Below the pieces are notes generated by a model. That model searched no databases. It worked only from the letters and a program-made list of their open reading frames with translations, and had not been told where the DNA came from. DNA of 64,000 bases from Octopus vulgaris. Taxonomy: Eukaryota. How positions within the stretch are numbered: position 1 is the first letter of the stretch; every line of letters starts with the position of its first letter. Made by a program: the position numbers and the translations under genes. This document shows positions 24,053 to 37,533 of the stretch, piece by piece. The stretch is taken from positions 31,248,001-31,312,000 of the forward strand of contig OX597824.1 in assembly GCA_951406725.2 (NCBI GenBank), in the 5' to 3' direction.

Positions 24053-25666
24053 ATCAGTAAAAATTTATAAAAATTTGAAGTAAAAACGGTCTGTTTTCTG
24101 TGTGGATGCCAAAAGATTTTTTGTTGAAGCATTTTTTTAATATAGTTTGGTACAGAGTTGAAAGTGTTTGGGAGTAAAAGAGTGGGTGTAGTTGTCTATT
24201 GTTTAAAAGAAATTTTTGTGGGTTCCTGCTAAGGGAGTGGCTTAAAAGCATTTATTGAATGGGTTTTATGTCCACTTGTGTGAGTGTATGTGAGTGAGTG
24301 TATGTGTGGGTGTATTTGTGCAAGTATGTGCATAACACACAAACATTCCCCCCCACACACACACAAACACACACATACACACATACACACACACACAAAC
24401 ACATACACACACACACAAAAGAAAACATTGCAAAAATCACTCACACATGCACAAACACACCCACACACACATACTCATACACACAGCTGGTGATCACACA
24501 TATACATATGTATATATAAACTTATAAACGTGCATCAGTACATACACACACATATGCACATATATATAAAATCATATATAAATATGTGTAAATGACCGTG
24601 TGAAGGAGAGGTGACGAGAAAGCACCTTTAGTACACCACACGATTGATTACAATAAATGTGAAAAGGATAAAGGCGTATAAGTGTCAGAAGGAAAAGAGA
24701 GACACAACCGAATAGAGTGTTTAAGAGAAGATTTTATTTATATGTTAACATGTGTGTGTATGCGTCATATGTACATTGTAATAGACAGGCCGTCATGTAT
24801 ACAAAGTGTATGTGTGTGCATTAAGTACAGAGCATTGAAAAAGTCTATAATATGACGTTATAAGAATGTTCAGACACAAGGAAGATAAATACCAGTTCGT
24901 AGTCAAGGTACACGATAGTTGAAGTGCTGTATCAAGAAGCTGAGGTGAAGAAGCGGAGCCTGTGTGGTACGTATTGTACAAAGTGGTGGCTATAATGCTA
25001 CTGCCGGGCTACTTAGTACAAGAGTTCTCGCAGGTTGTATTTGCGGTTAACCATGGTGGAGTAATTCCCGAACAGTGTTGAGATAGTACCTGTGCGAGGG
25101 TTGCTGGTTGCTGTATACGTGGAGAGATGTTGTTGACGACGTTAAAAAGATGAGAGTGATGAAGAAGGAGATCCTGAAAGCTGCTGGACGAAGTGTTGCT
25201 GCGTCTCCACGTGGCTGCTGTTATGTTTTCGCTGGAACTGGCTGTGTGCTCTGTGGTCAGTGGTTAGACCTAAAAAAGTCTGGGACCGACTGACTTTGAG
25301 ACACACACACACACATTGTTGCGTATGTGTATGTGTGTGTGAATACGCATACACATACACACACATAACCAATACAAACATATACAGATATCTAGACAAA
25401 TACATGTACATATACATATTTATAATATATCTCACAATATAAAGATATATACACATATTTATACTCATATACATATGTGTTTTAACATCAATACACAGAG
25501 GTGGTGCTATCATGTTAGACATGGTCTGGGCCTATACTGGCCGAAACCTATCTAAGTTACCAAAGCTATATAAATAGGTATTCAAAAGAAACAAAAGTAC
25601 AGTTATGATCATAAATTCAAAAATGTAAACACAACTATCAGATTAAATTTGTCACCAATAATAAAG

Positions 25667-27308
25667 ATCATCATCGTTTAACGTCCGCTTTCCATGCTAG
25701 CATGGGTTGGACGATTTGACTGAGGACTGGTGAACCAGATGGCTGCACCAGTCTCCAATCTTGATCTGACAGAGTTTCTACAGCTGGATGCCCTTCCTAA
25801 CACCAACCACTCCGAGAGTGTGGTGGGTGCTTATACGTTCCACTGGCACAAGGGCCAGTCAGGCGGTACTGGCAATGGCCACGCCCAAATGGTATTTTTT
25901 TATGTGCCACCTGCACACCGGGACAAGTGCTAGTAAGGTGACACTGGTAACGATCATGCTCGAATGGTGCTTTTTACGTGCCACTGGCAGGGACGCCAGT
26001 TAGCCACTTTGGCAACAATCATGCTCGGATGGTGCTCTTAGTGCTCCACTAGCATGGATGCCAGTCATCGAATTTGATTTCGATTTCACTTGCCTCAACA
26101 AGTCTTCGCAAGTCGAGTTTAGTGTCCAAAGAAGGAAAAGTTACGCATAAGTGGGCTGGTTATGACCCTGGCATAGGCCACAAGGTTATGGTCTCATTTG
26201 GTTTGCCGGGTCTTCTCAAGCACAGCATATTTCCAAAAGTCCTGGTCACTAGTCATTGCCTTGGTGAGGCCTAATGTTCGAAGGTCGTGCTTCACCACCT
26301 CGTCCCAGGTTTTCCTGGGTCTACCTCTTCCACGGGTTCCCTCAGCCACTAGGGTGTGGCACTTTTTCACACAACTATCCTCATCCATTCTCGCCACATG
26401 ACCATACCAGTGCAGTCGTCTCTCTTGCACACCACAGCTGACGCTTCTTAGGTCCAACATTTCTCTCAAGGTACCAACACTCTGTCGAGTATGCACACTG
26501 ACATTACACATCCATCGGAGCATATTGGCTTCATTCCTCGCGAGCTTACACATGTCCTCAGCAGTCACGGCCCATGTTTCACTGCCATGTAGCATGGCTG
26601 TTCGTACACATGCATCACACAGTCTGCCTTTTACTCTGAGCGAGTGGCCTTTTCTCACCAGCAGAGGTAAAAGCTCTCTGAACTTTGCCCAGGCTATTCT
26701 TATTCTAGCAGTTACACTTTCAGCGCACCCTCCCCCGCTACTGACTTGCTCACCTAGGTAATGGAAGCTATCAACTACTTCTAGTTTTTCTCCCTGGAAT
26801 GTGATGGAAGTTGTTCTCTGCACATTTTCAGTGCCACATACAAAAAATATCTTCCCAGTTAGCCTTCCTTTGATATTGCTGCACTTCTTATGTGTCCATA
26901 GCTTACACTGGGTACATCTTATAGAGTTTCTACCTACGCCTTTTCTACAGATCGAGCAGGGCCATCTACTGATGGCGTTTGTGGTTTGCCTGCCTTCCTA
27001 CTTATTAGGACTTTGGTTTTTAGCTAGATTGACTCTAAGGCCCTTCGATTCTAATCTTGTTTCCACACCTCATCTAGTTCTGATAGAGACTCAGCAATTA
27101 GAGCAAGGTCGTCAGTGGAGAGGAGCTCTCAGTGGCATCCTGTCTTGAATTCCTCTGTTATTGCCAGGAGGACTTTGGAGGGGGCTAAGGACTGAACCTT
27201 GGTGGACCCCTACCTCCACCCGGAATTCTTCACTGTACTTGTTGCCAACCCTCACCTTACTGGCAGAGTCCCTGTACATGGCTTGCACAGTTCTCACTAA
27301 CCATTCTT
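25667..27308 (-). mobile_element. 5'-truncated RTE-type LINE (RT C-terminal half + 3' UTR + (ATG)n tail)
   Basis: VGVHQGSVLSPL, PHD-like insert, VDSFHYLG, AMLHGSETW, RLHWYGHVARM, RGRGRPRKTW; frameshifted. Confidence 0.9.
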
Positions 27309-27430
27309 TACACAAAGTGTAAATACATAAGAATAAATAGAAATATTTAAGAAGGTATATGTATAAAATTATTAAGATGACTATAGGTTAGTCCATTTAT
27401 TTATATGTAAAAACCTTTTAGTATATTATA

Positions 27431-28712
27431 CGAGGGGCGTTCAATAAGTAATGCCCCTGACCCACTTCCCATAGCAGTAGAGCAACGAAACTTGGCACAG
27501 TTATTAGTCTTTTTCTACATAGGAACCACCCAGAGTTACGCATTTCTCCCATTGTTTGATGCAGCTCTGGAGACCGTTTTTGTAGAAGACCCCAGCTTGG
27601 TCCTCCAACCTCAACGTGACTTCAGAAATCAAGGCTGCATCATCTGGGAAACGCTTTCCTTTCAAAAACAACTTCATGACTGGGAAGAGGTGAAAATCAG
27701 AGAGTGCAAGGTCAGGAAAGTAGGGGGGGTGGGGGGGGAGTTCATAGCCATACGCCTGTGCTTTTGATCTGGCGACAAGCGAGTTGTGGACCGGAGCGTT
27801 GTCCTGCAGGAGGAGGATGCTTTGCTGATCTTGCCCCGCCTCTTGATTTTGATAACTTCTCTTAATTTCCTCAAAAGTGAAGCATAATAGGCTCCTGCAA
27901 TTGTGGTACCCTTTGCCAGGAAATCTGTCATCACTACTCCGTCCTGGTCCCAGAAGACTGTGAGCATGACCTTGCCAGCGGAGGGCTGCACCCTTGCCTT
28001 CTTTGGAGGGGGTAAGTCACGGTGCTTCCACTGCATTGACTGGGCTTTGGTCTCTGGATCATCGTGATGGACCCAGGTTTCAACCTGTGTAATCAGTCTT
28101 TTGAAAAATTTTGACTCATCTTCTTGGCACATCTCCAAATTCACCCTCGAGCACTCGACGCGTTCTTGCTTCTGGAAAGGCGTGAGCAACCTGGGAATCC
28201 ATCTGGCAGACACCTTTTGCATATGAAAATGGTCATGAATGATAGTTTCCACAGACCCGGTACTAATCTTGACCTCATGGGCTATTTGGCGAATAATTAT
28301 GCATCGAACTTCCAAAATGGCAGCCTCAACTTGACGGACAGATGCCTCATCAATGGCAGAAGGGGCGACCAGATCTGGGAGCTGTTTCCACAGAGTTCCG
28401 ACCATGTTTGAATTCACGATGCCAGCGTTTTACAAGGTCATATGATGGGGCATCATGACCATAAGTTACTTTCATTTCATCAAAAGTCTCCCGTGGTGTG
28501 CGTCCTTTCAAATACAAAAACCGGATCACTGCTGGACACTCAACAGGCTCCATTTCACACTTGACTCGGTTCAAACACCTGTAAAGCAGAAACCACAATT
28601 AATTCAGAGCTGTAATTTGCCACTTACTCTATAGAGTACACATGCAAAATTTCAGCTAGATCTAACAGCTGCAAGTGGGTCAGAGGAGGCATTACTTATT
28701 GAATGTCCCTCG
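27431..28712 (-). mobile_element. mariner transposon (defective)
   Basis: TIRs cgaggggcgttcaataagtaatgcc with TA TSD. Transposase motifs WIPRLLT, ETWVHH, KVMLTVFWD, QDNA, PDLALSDFHLF; frameshifts. Confidence 0.95.
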
Positions 28713-28888
28713 TATACTGTAGAAGTAACAATTAATTAACTTGAAAAATATATAAATTCTTGGAATAACAGTATAGTGTTAAAATTAAATATAATAAGTG
28801 TCAAATTTGTAAAGTTTAACTGTAGCAGTTTAAGATATGTGATATCTTTTATCAAGATATTTACAATATGTCTAATTAAATTACTATA

Positions 28889-28951
<63 letters not shown>

Positions 28952-28955
28952 ATAT

Positions 28956-29392
28956 TGGCAGGGCTGGCCTGCTAGGTAGCCGGCCAGAATGCTAGAAGAA
29001 GATCATCAACGATCAAGCCCTTCGCTTCAGGAGTCTCTTAGCGCGCCAGAACCAAGACATTTGAAATTTTATTCCCGATGTAATCAGTAAGACTAAGCAC
29101 GTGTCTGTCTTGACACAGAAAGCTGGGGTTAGTCTTGCGGTTTGCATCTCGAGGACCAAATGTACTGATGAAGTCACGGACACTTGAATTATGCAAGTAA
29201 TTCTTTTGTTAAGACCGAAACCGAGGTATGCATTTAAGTCTGTTTTTTATTTAATTTTTCATATGTCCTGCCCGCCAAATTTGGTTCTGGTGTTCGCTGA
29301 ATTCTTCCTCTAGAGAATTTCCCTTGTAGTTTGATCGTTGATGATCTTCTTCTAGCATTCTGGCCGGCTACCTAGCAGGCCAGCCCTGCCAA
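28956..29392. mobile_element. ~440-bp TA-flanked element with perfect ~60-bp inverted termini and an internal HHR
   Basis: tggcagggctggcctgctaggtagccggccagaatgctagaagaagatcatcaacgatcaa (28956-29016) is mirrored at 29331-29392. Confidence 0.85.
29158..29235 (+). ncRNA. Type I hammerhead ribozyme
   Basis: AAATGTA-CTGATGA-AGTC...GAATTA/TAATTC...GACC-GAAAC-CGAG-GTA-TGCATTT; predicted cut after 29228. Confidence 0.8.
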
Positions 29393-29505
29393 TATACACA
29401 TATATTTGAATTTTCTCTGACTCCTCAGATTTTTTGAATGCTGGACTACTGGTTTTAAATTGATATTAAAATTAATATTAATTTATCTCCCTCAATTTTT
29501 AAAAA

Positions 29506-29550
<45 letters not shown>

Positions 29551-31440
29551 TGAGTATTAAACTAGGGCTATAATTTAGTATGTATAATTACAATGATAAG
29601 TATAATGTTAAATATGTTTATAGTATGGAAAATATTTGTATTTAGGAAGTTGGCATCTTATAATGAGTTCATCATGTCAGTTAATCATAATTACATTAGT
29701 TTTGCTACTTTTGTTAATGTAGAATATCTCAAATACGCAAAATCCATATTATCTGTTACCACCAGTATAAGGTTGTGCATAACCAATCAATCTTACTATC
29801 TATTAGTGAATGTACGAATTTAGCTAGTGATGTATAATTAGCCTTTTCTTTATATCTAAATGTAGATCTATGACTATTCCAGCTAATTTTAAATGATGCT
29901 GAGGATGCACCAATGTAGATATATTCATTACCAAGAGCTGTAATAGAAAATCTATATGCAATATTTTTCCAGAGACACTGATTGTTAATAGGGTATTTTG
30001 TTTTATTGCGACAATTACAAAAAGTAAAATAACCCTTATTATGATAGGTATAATATGCTTATTATTAGTAACATTATTTTTTATTGGAATTAAAAGAATA
30101 AGTATAATTATTGTTTGTAGTAGATATTATAGATGAATAAGTTATTAGTTATTTATCTATTAGTTACTATATTGTATGAACTATTTTTTGTTGGATTATT
30201 AGTAGCTAGGTATTTTTGTTTATGATAATTAAAATCTAGATATATATTCAGCATGTTAGAGTAGGATAATTTAATAGTATTTGTTATCTTCAACAATAAG
30301 TCTGTTGTATTACTATTTAGTATTAATTTTCACAATTTGTTGGAAGTGAGTCACTACCGGTTTGTATCTAGGGTTGAGGTTGCTTTGTTTTCAGACAACG
30401 GGTGGGGTCTTTTGTGTCCAGCTATGTCTCGGAAAACCTGCTCTCATCCATGAATGTTCTTCTTTGGTCATTTCCTGTTACTGTGAATGTAGCTTTATAC
30501 CAGTGTGACCAGTTTTCTGTGGCTTCTAGAATGATGAACTGACAAAGTTTTTGTAAGATAATTAAAATATATCTAGTTGTTTTCCTTACATTAACCTGGG
30601 ACATATAATCATATGTAGATAATTGTATATTCATGGGTGAAAGAGTTTCAGTATATCCAATATCTTTTCCTCATTTGGTACTTTTCATCCATGTGTGTTA
30701 GTCATAATAAACATGTTGAATGTATTTTGTATTCAAACTTTGTTACAAGAAAGTTGTTTTCAGGAAATCAACTATCAGTAAAACACTGTTCAGACAATTT
30801 TTGTATTTAAGTTTGTCTTATTTTTGTATTTTCCTTATTTTGTAATCTACCATACACTTGCTATACATTTGTATATACACGCGGTACACCTACACGAAGT
30901 AATGTATGAATAGAAAATAAATGGCTCCAAAAATGTAAACCATTGTTCCTCTTTGTTATCACAGTGGTGATTGTGACCCAGGTTGCCTCGACCTCTACAT
31001 GAAGCAGCAACAGTATTTCTATTGAAAATTCCATGATACAGGCTAGATTAAGGGAAATGTTTATCTAAAGACTGAAAGCACGTTACATCTATTTTAGGGG
31101 CAACATTTAGACTGAGGGATGTAGGGTTAAACCACAAAATATTCTTATATAAGTTACATTTCTACTATGCGATTTTCAATTTTCATCATTATTTACACAG
31201 TTCATATTTTCATACATAATCTTATCATAATTATTGCTATGTATATTATAGTTCTTCCTTACATTCAACCTTTTTCCAATAATGATTATTATTACTATTG
31301 TTATTAATATTGCCAACAGTGTTGTTTTTAGCACAATTGTGAATACCATTAGTATCATTGAATATGAGTGTGGTATTTATTGTTTTATACATTGCGTTTA
31401 ATTCTACAGTGTTTAATAAGATTGTCTATATGATGCAAGT

Positions 31441-31712
31441 GTGGAGGCACAATGGCCCAGTGGTTAGAGCAGTAAACTCGCGGTCATAGGATCATGGTTT
31501 CGATTCCCAGACCAGGCATTGTGAGTGTTTATTGAGTGTTTATTGAGCTCCACGAGGTTCCAGCAGGGGGTGGTGGCAAACCCTGCTGTACTCTCACTTT
31601 ATCTTCCTGTTTCTGTTGTACCTCTATTTCAAAGGGCCAGCCTTGTCACTTTGTATCACGTTGAATCTCCCCTGGAACCCTTGTTGTCATAAGCAACGGA
31701 GTGCCAACCACT
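31441..31712 (+). mobile_element. tRNA-derived SINE, family C
   Basis: ggaggcacaatggcccagtggttag...ggtttcgattccc (A/B boxes); related to 54430-54724 and 63468-63770. Confidence 0.8.
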
Positions 31713-32185
31713 ATGATGTAAGTAAATATTATGGTTTTTAACGTTTGTAATTTATATTCTTCTTAGGATATTTTTTTTTATTAATTGCATTAGCTTTATT
31801 ACAGATATTATAGGATCATTATTATCCATTGACTTTATGCTCAGGGGAGAAAATTAATTTATTTTTATAATCAGCCCTAGTTAAAGCTTCATTATAGAAA
31901 CTAGCATTTTGGTTTAAAATTTAATATTTAGCAGAAGATGATGATATACAGGATGATATACTATTAATTGAAGAACTAATAACAGCCTTTGGATGAGTGG
32001 AAACACGATTAACATAAAGTAAGGTTTGGTTTGACTTATGGAAAGGTTTCTAGAGACCAGCATTAAGATCCAAAGTTACATCTAGCTGTATTATGATAAT
32101 ATATTGTGTATTTTCAAACACTATTTATATCCTAAGGAGTGGATTCCAGCTAAATATACAATATGTTAGTACAAAAATCACTGAA

Positions 32186-32390
32186 GGCAGCAAACTGGCA
32201 GAATCGTTAGCACACTGGATGAAATGCTTAGCAATATTTCACCTGTCGTTACGTTCTAAGTTCAAATTTTGCCGAGGTTAACATTGCCTTTAATCCTTTC
32301 GGGATTGATAAGTACCAGTCGGACACTGGGGTTGATGTAACTGACTCATCCTCACCTCCCCTAAGCTGCCCTTTTGGAAAAAACTTGAAA
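32186..32390 (+). mobile_element. SINE family B (diverged)
   Basis: ggcagcaaactggcagaatcgttagc...gttcaaatttt...aagtaccagt...ctggggttgatgtaa. Confidence 0.75.
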
Positions 32391-32431
32391 TAGATATTGC
32401 AAAACTCATTAAGGATGTTTAATTAAATGTA

Positions 32432-33236
32432 TTGGGTTGGCAACTAAGTTCCTGCCATTTTTTAAATTTTAAATTTCTTAAAAGGTTTGATAAAAAATAA
32501 CAACTAATTAATAATGTATTCACCCTTGTTGTTTACAACTTCTCAACATTCAACAAGATTTTCAATACCTCGTTGGTAGAAATCACCCGATTTTGACTTG
32601 AAAAATTGATCCAACCAAGCTCTCAATTCTGCATCAGTACTGAACAAAACACCACGCATAGCATATGAAAGAGATCGAAAGAGGTAGAAATCCTTTGGTG
32701 CCAAATCAGGAGTGTACGACGGGTGTGGCAGCACTTCCCAGCCATGCATTTGAATGGCTTCTTTGGTCATATTGGTGATATGAGGGCAGGCGTTGTCATG
32801 CAGCAGAAGAATTCCATGCTGCCGATTAGATCTTTTCTCTTGAATAGCCGTGTTGAGTCATTTCATCTGTTGAACACAGAGTTCTGCATTGATTGTTTGG
32901 TTCCGGTCAAGCAATTCATAATGGATAACCCCTTCCCAGTCCCAGCATACAAACAACATCATTTTACAGGGATGAAGGTCTTGTTTCACGCGTAGTATTA
33001 CTTATTTACCAGGGCTAAGCCATTCCTTACGCTGCTTCATATTGATGAACAGGCACCATTGTTTTTCTTAACTTGACATTCCATTTTAATGATCTGAAAA
33101 TAAGCAAAAATTAACCAAAATTAACTAGAAAAAAAACAAAACAAAATAGATTCCAAAATGATTCAAAAATAGAATTCTTGAAAAAAAATAGATTCCAAAA
33201 TTTTAAAAAATGGCCGGAACTTAGTTACCAACCCAA
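32432..33236 (-). mobile_element. Internally deleted mariner (second family)
   Basis: TIRs ttgggttggcaactaagttcc / ggaacttagttaccaacccaa with TA TSD; motif WEVLPHPSYTPDLAPKDFYLF; N-terminal half deleted. Confidence 0.9.
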
Positions 33237-33609
33237 TACATAGAGAATAGACTGAACTTTGAACAATATCAAACTCAAATTATTTTTTATATTCTGACTT
33301 TATTTTCCTAATTTATGAACGTTGTACTAATATTTAATATTTGTTCGTACAAAACATGGAATTACACAGAATATGGGATTTGACTATACAGGTATTAAGG
33401 AATATACATTTTCATAGGCCTTTGAACTCTTTTTATTTTCAAACTTTACAATGATGAATGCATCCACTTAAGAATCAAAAATATTTCTTTTTTTCCCTCT
33501 CTTTTCTTATCTTTTTCATCCTTCTTCCTAAAGGATGAGGAGGAAGAAAAAAAGAAAAAAATGCTTTATAATGAAATTTCAATGGGTTGACCACATCAAA
33601 TTGAAATGA

Positions 33610-33682
<73 letters not shown>

Positions 33683-34119
33683 CTATCCTCACTTTTCTCC
33701 CTCTTTCTTGATTGTCCTGCTCCTAAATATATATTTTTTCTTCTGTTTTTTTATATAATTGAAAAGAAACCTCACTCTCTGTCTATTTTCCCCTCTCTTT
33801 GCTTTTTTTCTTCTTTTCCCCCTTTTTCTAAAACAAAAGAACAAAAATGTTTTTCTCTTATAAACAAAGCAAAAAACATCCACTACATAAATGAAACCTG
33901 TTTTTCATCATTTTGGTTTTGTCTTGATGAGTTCGATATCCAAAATTCTGACTATCTCCTTTTTCTCAATATATATATTGGAAAGCTAAGTAATCTATTT
34001 CTATTTAAGATTTAAATTTTTTTTAAATATTTTAATAAGTCTTCTTGTATTATTTTGTATAATATATAAATACTGATTGTTATGTAATGATTTAGTTGTT
34101 GAAGTTATGTATATAATTA

Positions 34120-35650
34120 TTAGATTATAACTCTACGTTATTTGTAAGATTTTACTTAGCCAAAGAGATATATAGATCGTTAATAGTTATACAATTTTTT
34201 TAAAGTTAGGTTTCTGGTTTATAATTTGATTTTAATCTTTAATTTTTTTAATGTATCTCATAATTATATTAATATTTAATATTTATGTAAGTAATATTGG
34301 ATTAATTAATTTATTTATTTTTCTTTATATGTCTATACATTCATTGATAGTGTGAATTTTAGGTTTTAATCACTATATTTGTTGATAATAATTTAGTTAT
34401 TATTTTTAAATATTTTATAATTATTAGATGTGTACTTAAATCTAATATATGAATAATGATTATTTAGTTAAATAATTTGGTAATTAAATTTTTGGACTAT
34501 AACTGAGTTAAGGATATCTGTGAGTTTATTGGGTTTTTTAAAACCATCTTATATATTTATAGATATCTCTAATAGTTGACTTTGTTCTATTATAGCTTTA
34601 ATATATCTTTTTTCCATTGATAATTTGTAGTAGTATTTTTCATTGATAAAATATATTCATAGTTTTCATTATTAAAAGAATTTTCCATTTGTTTATTATT
34701 AGTTTAGTTAATGACACGTTTTTTGAAAGTTAAATAAACCTTTTTATTAAATTTATTTTAATTATTTTAATAATTTATGGTATATGGTATTATATTGGAT
34801 ACTATATAACTAAGGATTGATAATTTCATTGTATAAGTATTTAGTTACTCTTTTACTCTTTTACTTGTTTCAGTCATTTGACTGCGGCCATGCTGGAGCA
34901 CCGCCTTTAGTCGAGCAAATCGACCCCGGGACTTATTCTTTGTAAGCCCAGTACTTATTCTATCGGTCTCTTTTGCCGAACCGCTAAGTGACGGGAACGT
35001 AAACACACCAGCATCGGTTGTCAAGCAATGCTAGGGGGACAAACACAGACACACAAACATACACACACATATATATATACATACACATATACGACAGGCT
35101 TCTTTCAGTTTCTGTCTACCAAATCCACTCACAAGACATTGGTCGGCCCGGGGCTATACCAGAAGACACTTGCTCAAGATGCCACGCAGTGGGACTGAAG
35201 ATATGCTTTTCATTATTAGATTATAACTATACGGTTTTTGTAAGTTATTAATTAGCCAACGAGATATAGTGATCGTTAAATAGTTATAGGTTTTTTTAAG
35301 ATAGGCTATACGCTTATAATTTGCTTTTTAATCTTTTAACTTTTAATATATTTCGTAAGTAATAATGGAATAATTAATTTATTTAGTTTTTCATTATACA
35401 TATATATATTTATTGATAGAGATAATTTTAGATCTTAATTTTTATATTTATTGATAATAATTTAGTTATTATTCTCAAATATTTTATAATTATTAGATTT
35501 GAACTTAAATTTAATAATATGAATAGTGATTTATTATTATTATTTTTTTTTGTTAATAATTTGGTAATTAGATATTGACTATAACTGAGATTAGGTTATT
35601 CGTGAGTTTGTTATGTTTTTTAAAGCCATATTATATCTTAATAGATAAAT
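34120..35650 (+). repeat. Diverged ~440-bp AT-rich direct duplication (~34120-34570 and ~35215-35650)
   Basis: Shared blocks attattagattataact, ttagccaa.gagatata, ttgataataatttagttattatt, gactataactgag. Confidence 0.7.
34846..35198 (-). mobile_element. SINE family A (5' truncated)
   Basis: Similarity to 23662-24052. Confidence 0.88.
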
Positions 35651-35803
35651 ACATTTTCTATCTATTTTTACCTTAAAAATTAATATTTAACATTATAATT
35701 GATTGTATGACATAATCCTAATCATTAAAGTCTCTAGTTTGATAATAGAGTTTTTTTATAAGAAAAATTGTTATTTTATTTATTTCTTAAAAAATATTGT
35801 TTA

Positions 35804-37074
35804 CGAGGGGCGTTCAATAAGTAATGCCTCTGACCCACATGCAGTTATTTGATCTAGCTGAAATTTTGCATGTGCAATTACTTATATCTCTATAAATTAG
35901 GTTGCAAATTACAGCTCTGAACTAATTGTGGTTTCTGATTTACAGGTGTTTGAACTGAGTCAAGTCTGAAATGGAGCCTGTTGAGTGTTGAGCAGTGATC
36001 CGGTTTTTGTATTTGAAAGGACGCACACCACGGGAGACTTTTGATGAAATGAAAGTAACTTATGGTCATGATGCCCCATCATATGACCTTGTAAAACGCT
36101 GGTATCGTGAATTCAAACATGGTCGGAACTCTGTGGAAACAGCTCCCAGATCTGGTCGCCCCCTCTCTGCCATTGATGAGGCATCTGTCTGTCAAGTTGA
36201 GGCTGCCATTTTGGAAGATCGACGCATAACTATTCGCCAAATAGCCCATGAGGTCAAGATTAGTACCGGGTCTGTGGAAACTATCATTCATTACCATTTG
36301 CATATGCAAAAGGTGTCTGCCAGATGGATTCCCAGGTTGCTCACACCTTTCTATAAGCAAGAACGCGTCGAGTGCTCGAGGATGAATTTGGAGATGTGCC
36401 AAGAGGATGAGTCAAAATTTTTCAAAAGTCTGATTGCACAGGATGAAACGTGGGTCCATCACTATAATCCAGAGACCAAAGCCCAGTCAATGCAGTGGAA
36501 GCACCGTGATTCACCTCCTCCAAAGAAGGCAAGAGTGCAGCCTTCCGCTGGCAATGTCATGCTCACAGTCTTCTGGGATCAGGACGGAGTAGTGATGACA
36601 GATTTCCTGGCAAAAGGTACCACAATTACAGGAGCCTATTATGCTTCACTTTTGAGGAAATTAAGAGAAGCTATCAAAATCAAGAGGCGGGGCAAGATCA
36701 GCAAAGCATCCTCCTCCTGCAGGACAACGCTCCGGTCCACAACTCGCGTGTTGCCAGATCAGAAGCACAGGCGTGCGGCTATGAACTCCTCTCCCATGCA
36801 CTCTCTGATTTTCACCTCTTCCCAGCCATGAAGTTGTTTTTGAAAGGAAAGCGTTTCCCAGATGATGCAGCCTTGATTACTGAAGTCACGTCGTGGTTGG
36901 AAGAACAAGCTGGTGTCTTCTACAAGAACGGTCTCCAGAACTACATCAAACAATGGGGGAAATGCGTAACTCTGGGTGGTTTCTATGTAGAAAAAGACTA
37001 ATAACTGTGCCAAGTTTCGTTGCTCTACTGCTATGGGAAGTGGGTTAGGGGCATTACTTATTGAACGCTCCTCG
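35804..37074 (+). mobile_element. mariner transposon (defective), same family as 27431-28712
   Basis: Same TIRs with TA TSD. ATG at 35971 followed by an early TGA; QDETWVH, VFWD, frameshift before QDNA. Confidence 0.95.
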
Positions 37075-37109
37075 TAAATATATTTGCTTATTTATTTAAC
37101 TATTATCAT

Positions 37110-37206
37110 TAACCTGAAGATTGACTATAACTATAATTCGAATTTTTAATTGAATTTAAATTATTGTAGTTCGAATTGGGTTATGGCCATGAAACGTACG
37201 TAGTTG
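37110..37206 (+). ncRNA. Type I hammerhead ribozyme with long stem II
   Basis: TAAC-CTGAAGA-[tgactataact/ggttatggcca, aattcgaa/ttcgaatt]-GAAAC-GTAC-GTA-GTTG; palindromic stem III. Confidence 0.8.
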
Positions 37207-37494
37207 TATTACTTATTATCTTATATTAAACTTTTTAATAATTTTTGATAGTTATATATATTTAAATTTTAAAAAAAAGAGTATTGTAATCGCTTGAAGC
37301 ATTGTGTATTGTTTGTAAAGAATAAAATGTTTTGAATGGTACAACAATGCACCATAATACAGACAATGGGCTTTATACCTGTTGTAATTCAGTTATCCAT
37401 AGTCTGATAATATTTTGGAATAAAATTTCTTCTTCAGATATTCTAAGATGGAGTCGCTGCTATAATCGGTTTGTTGTACCATTCAAAATTTTTT

Positions 37495-37524
<30 letters not shown>

Positions 37525-37533
<9 letters not shown>

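Noticed and set aside
25520-25560. GGTCTG-GGCC(TATACT)GGCC-GAAACC hammerhead fragment
   Set aside because: The core is truncated and there is no stem III or stem I closure; at best a relic.
29895-29990. CTGAGGA followed by a nested hairpin and GAGAC
   Set aside because: GAAA is mutated and stems I and III are not convincing.
30965-31045. Possible exon after cctctttgttatcacag
   Set aside because: No recognisable product, an early stop in the best frame, and no canonical donor.
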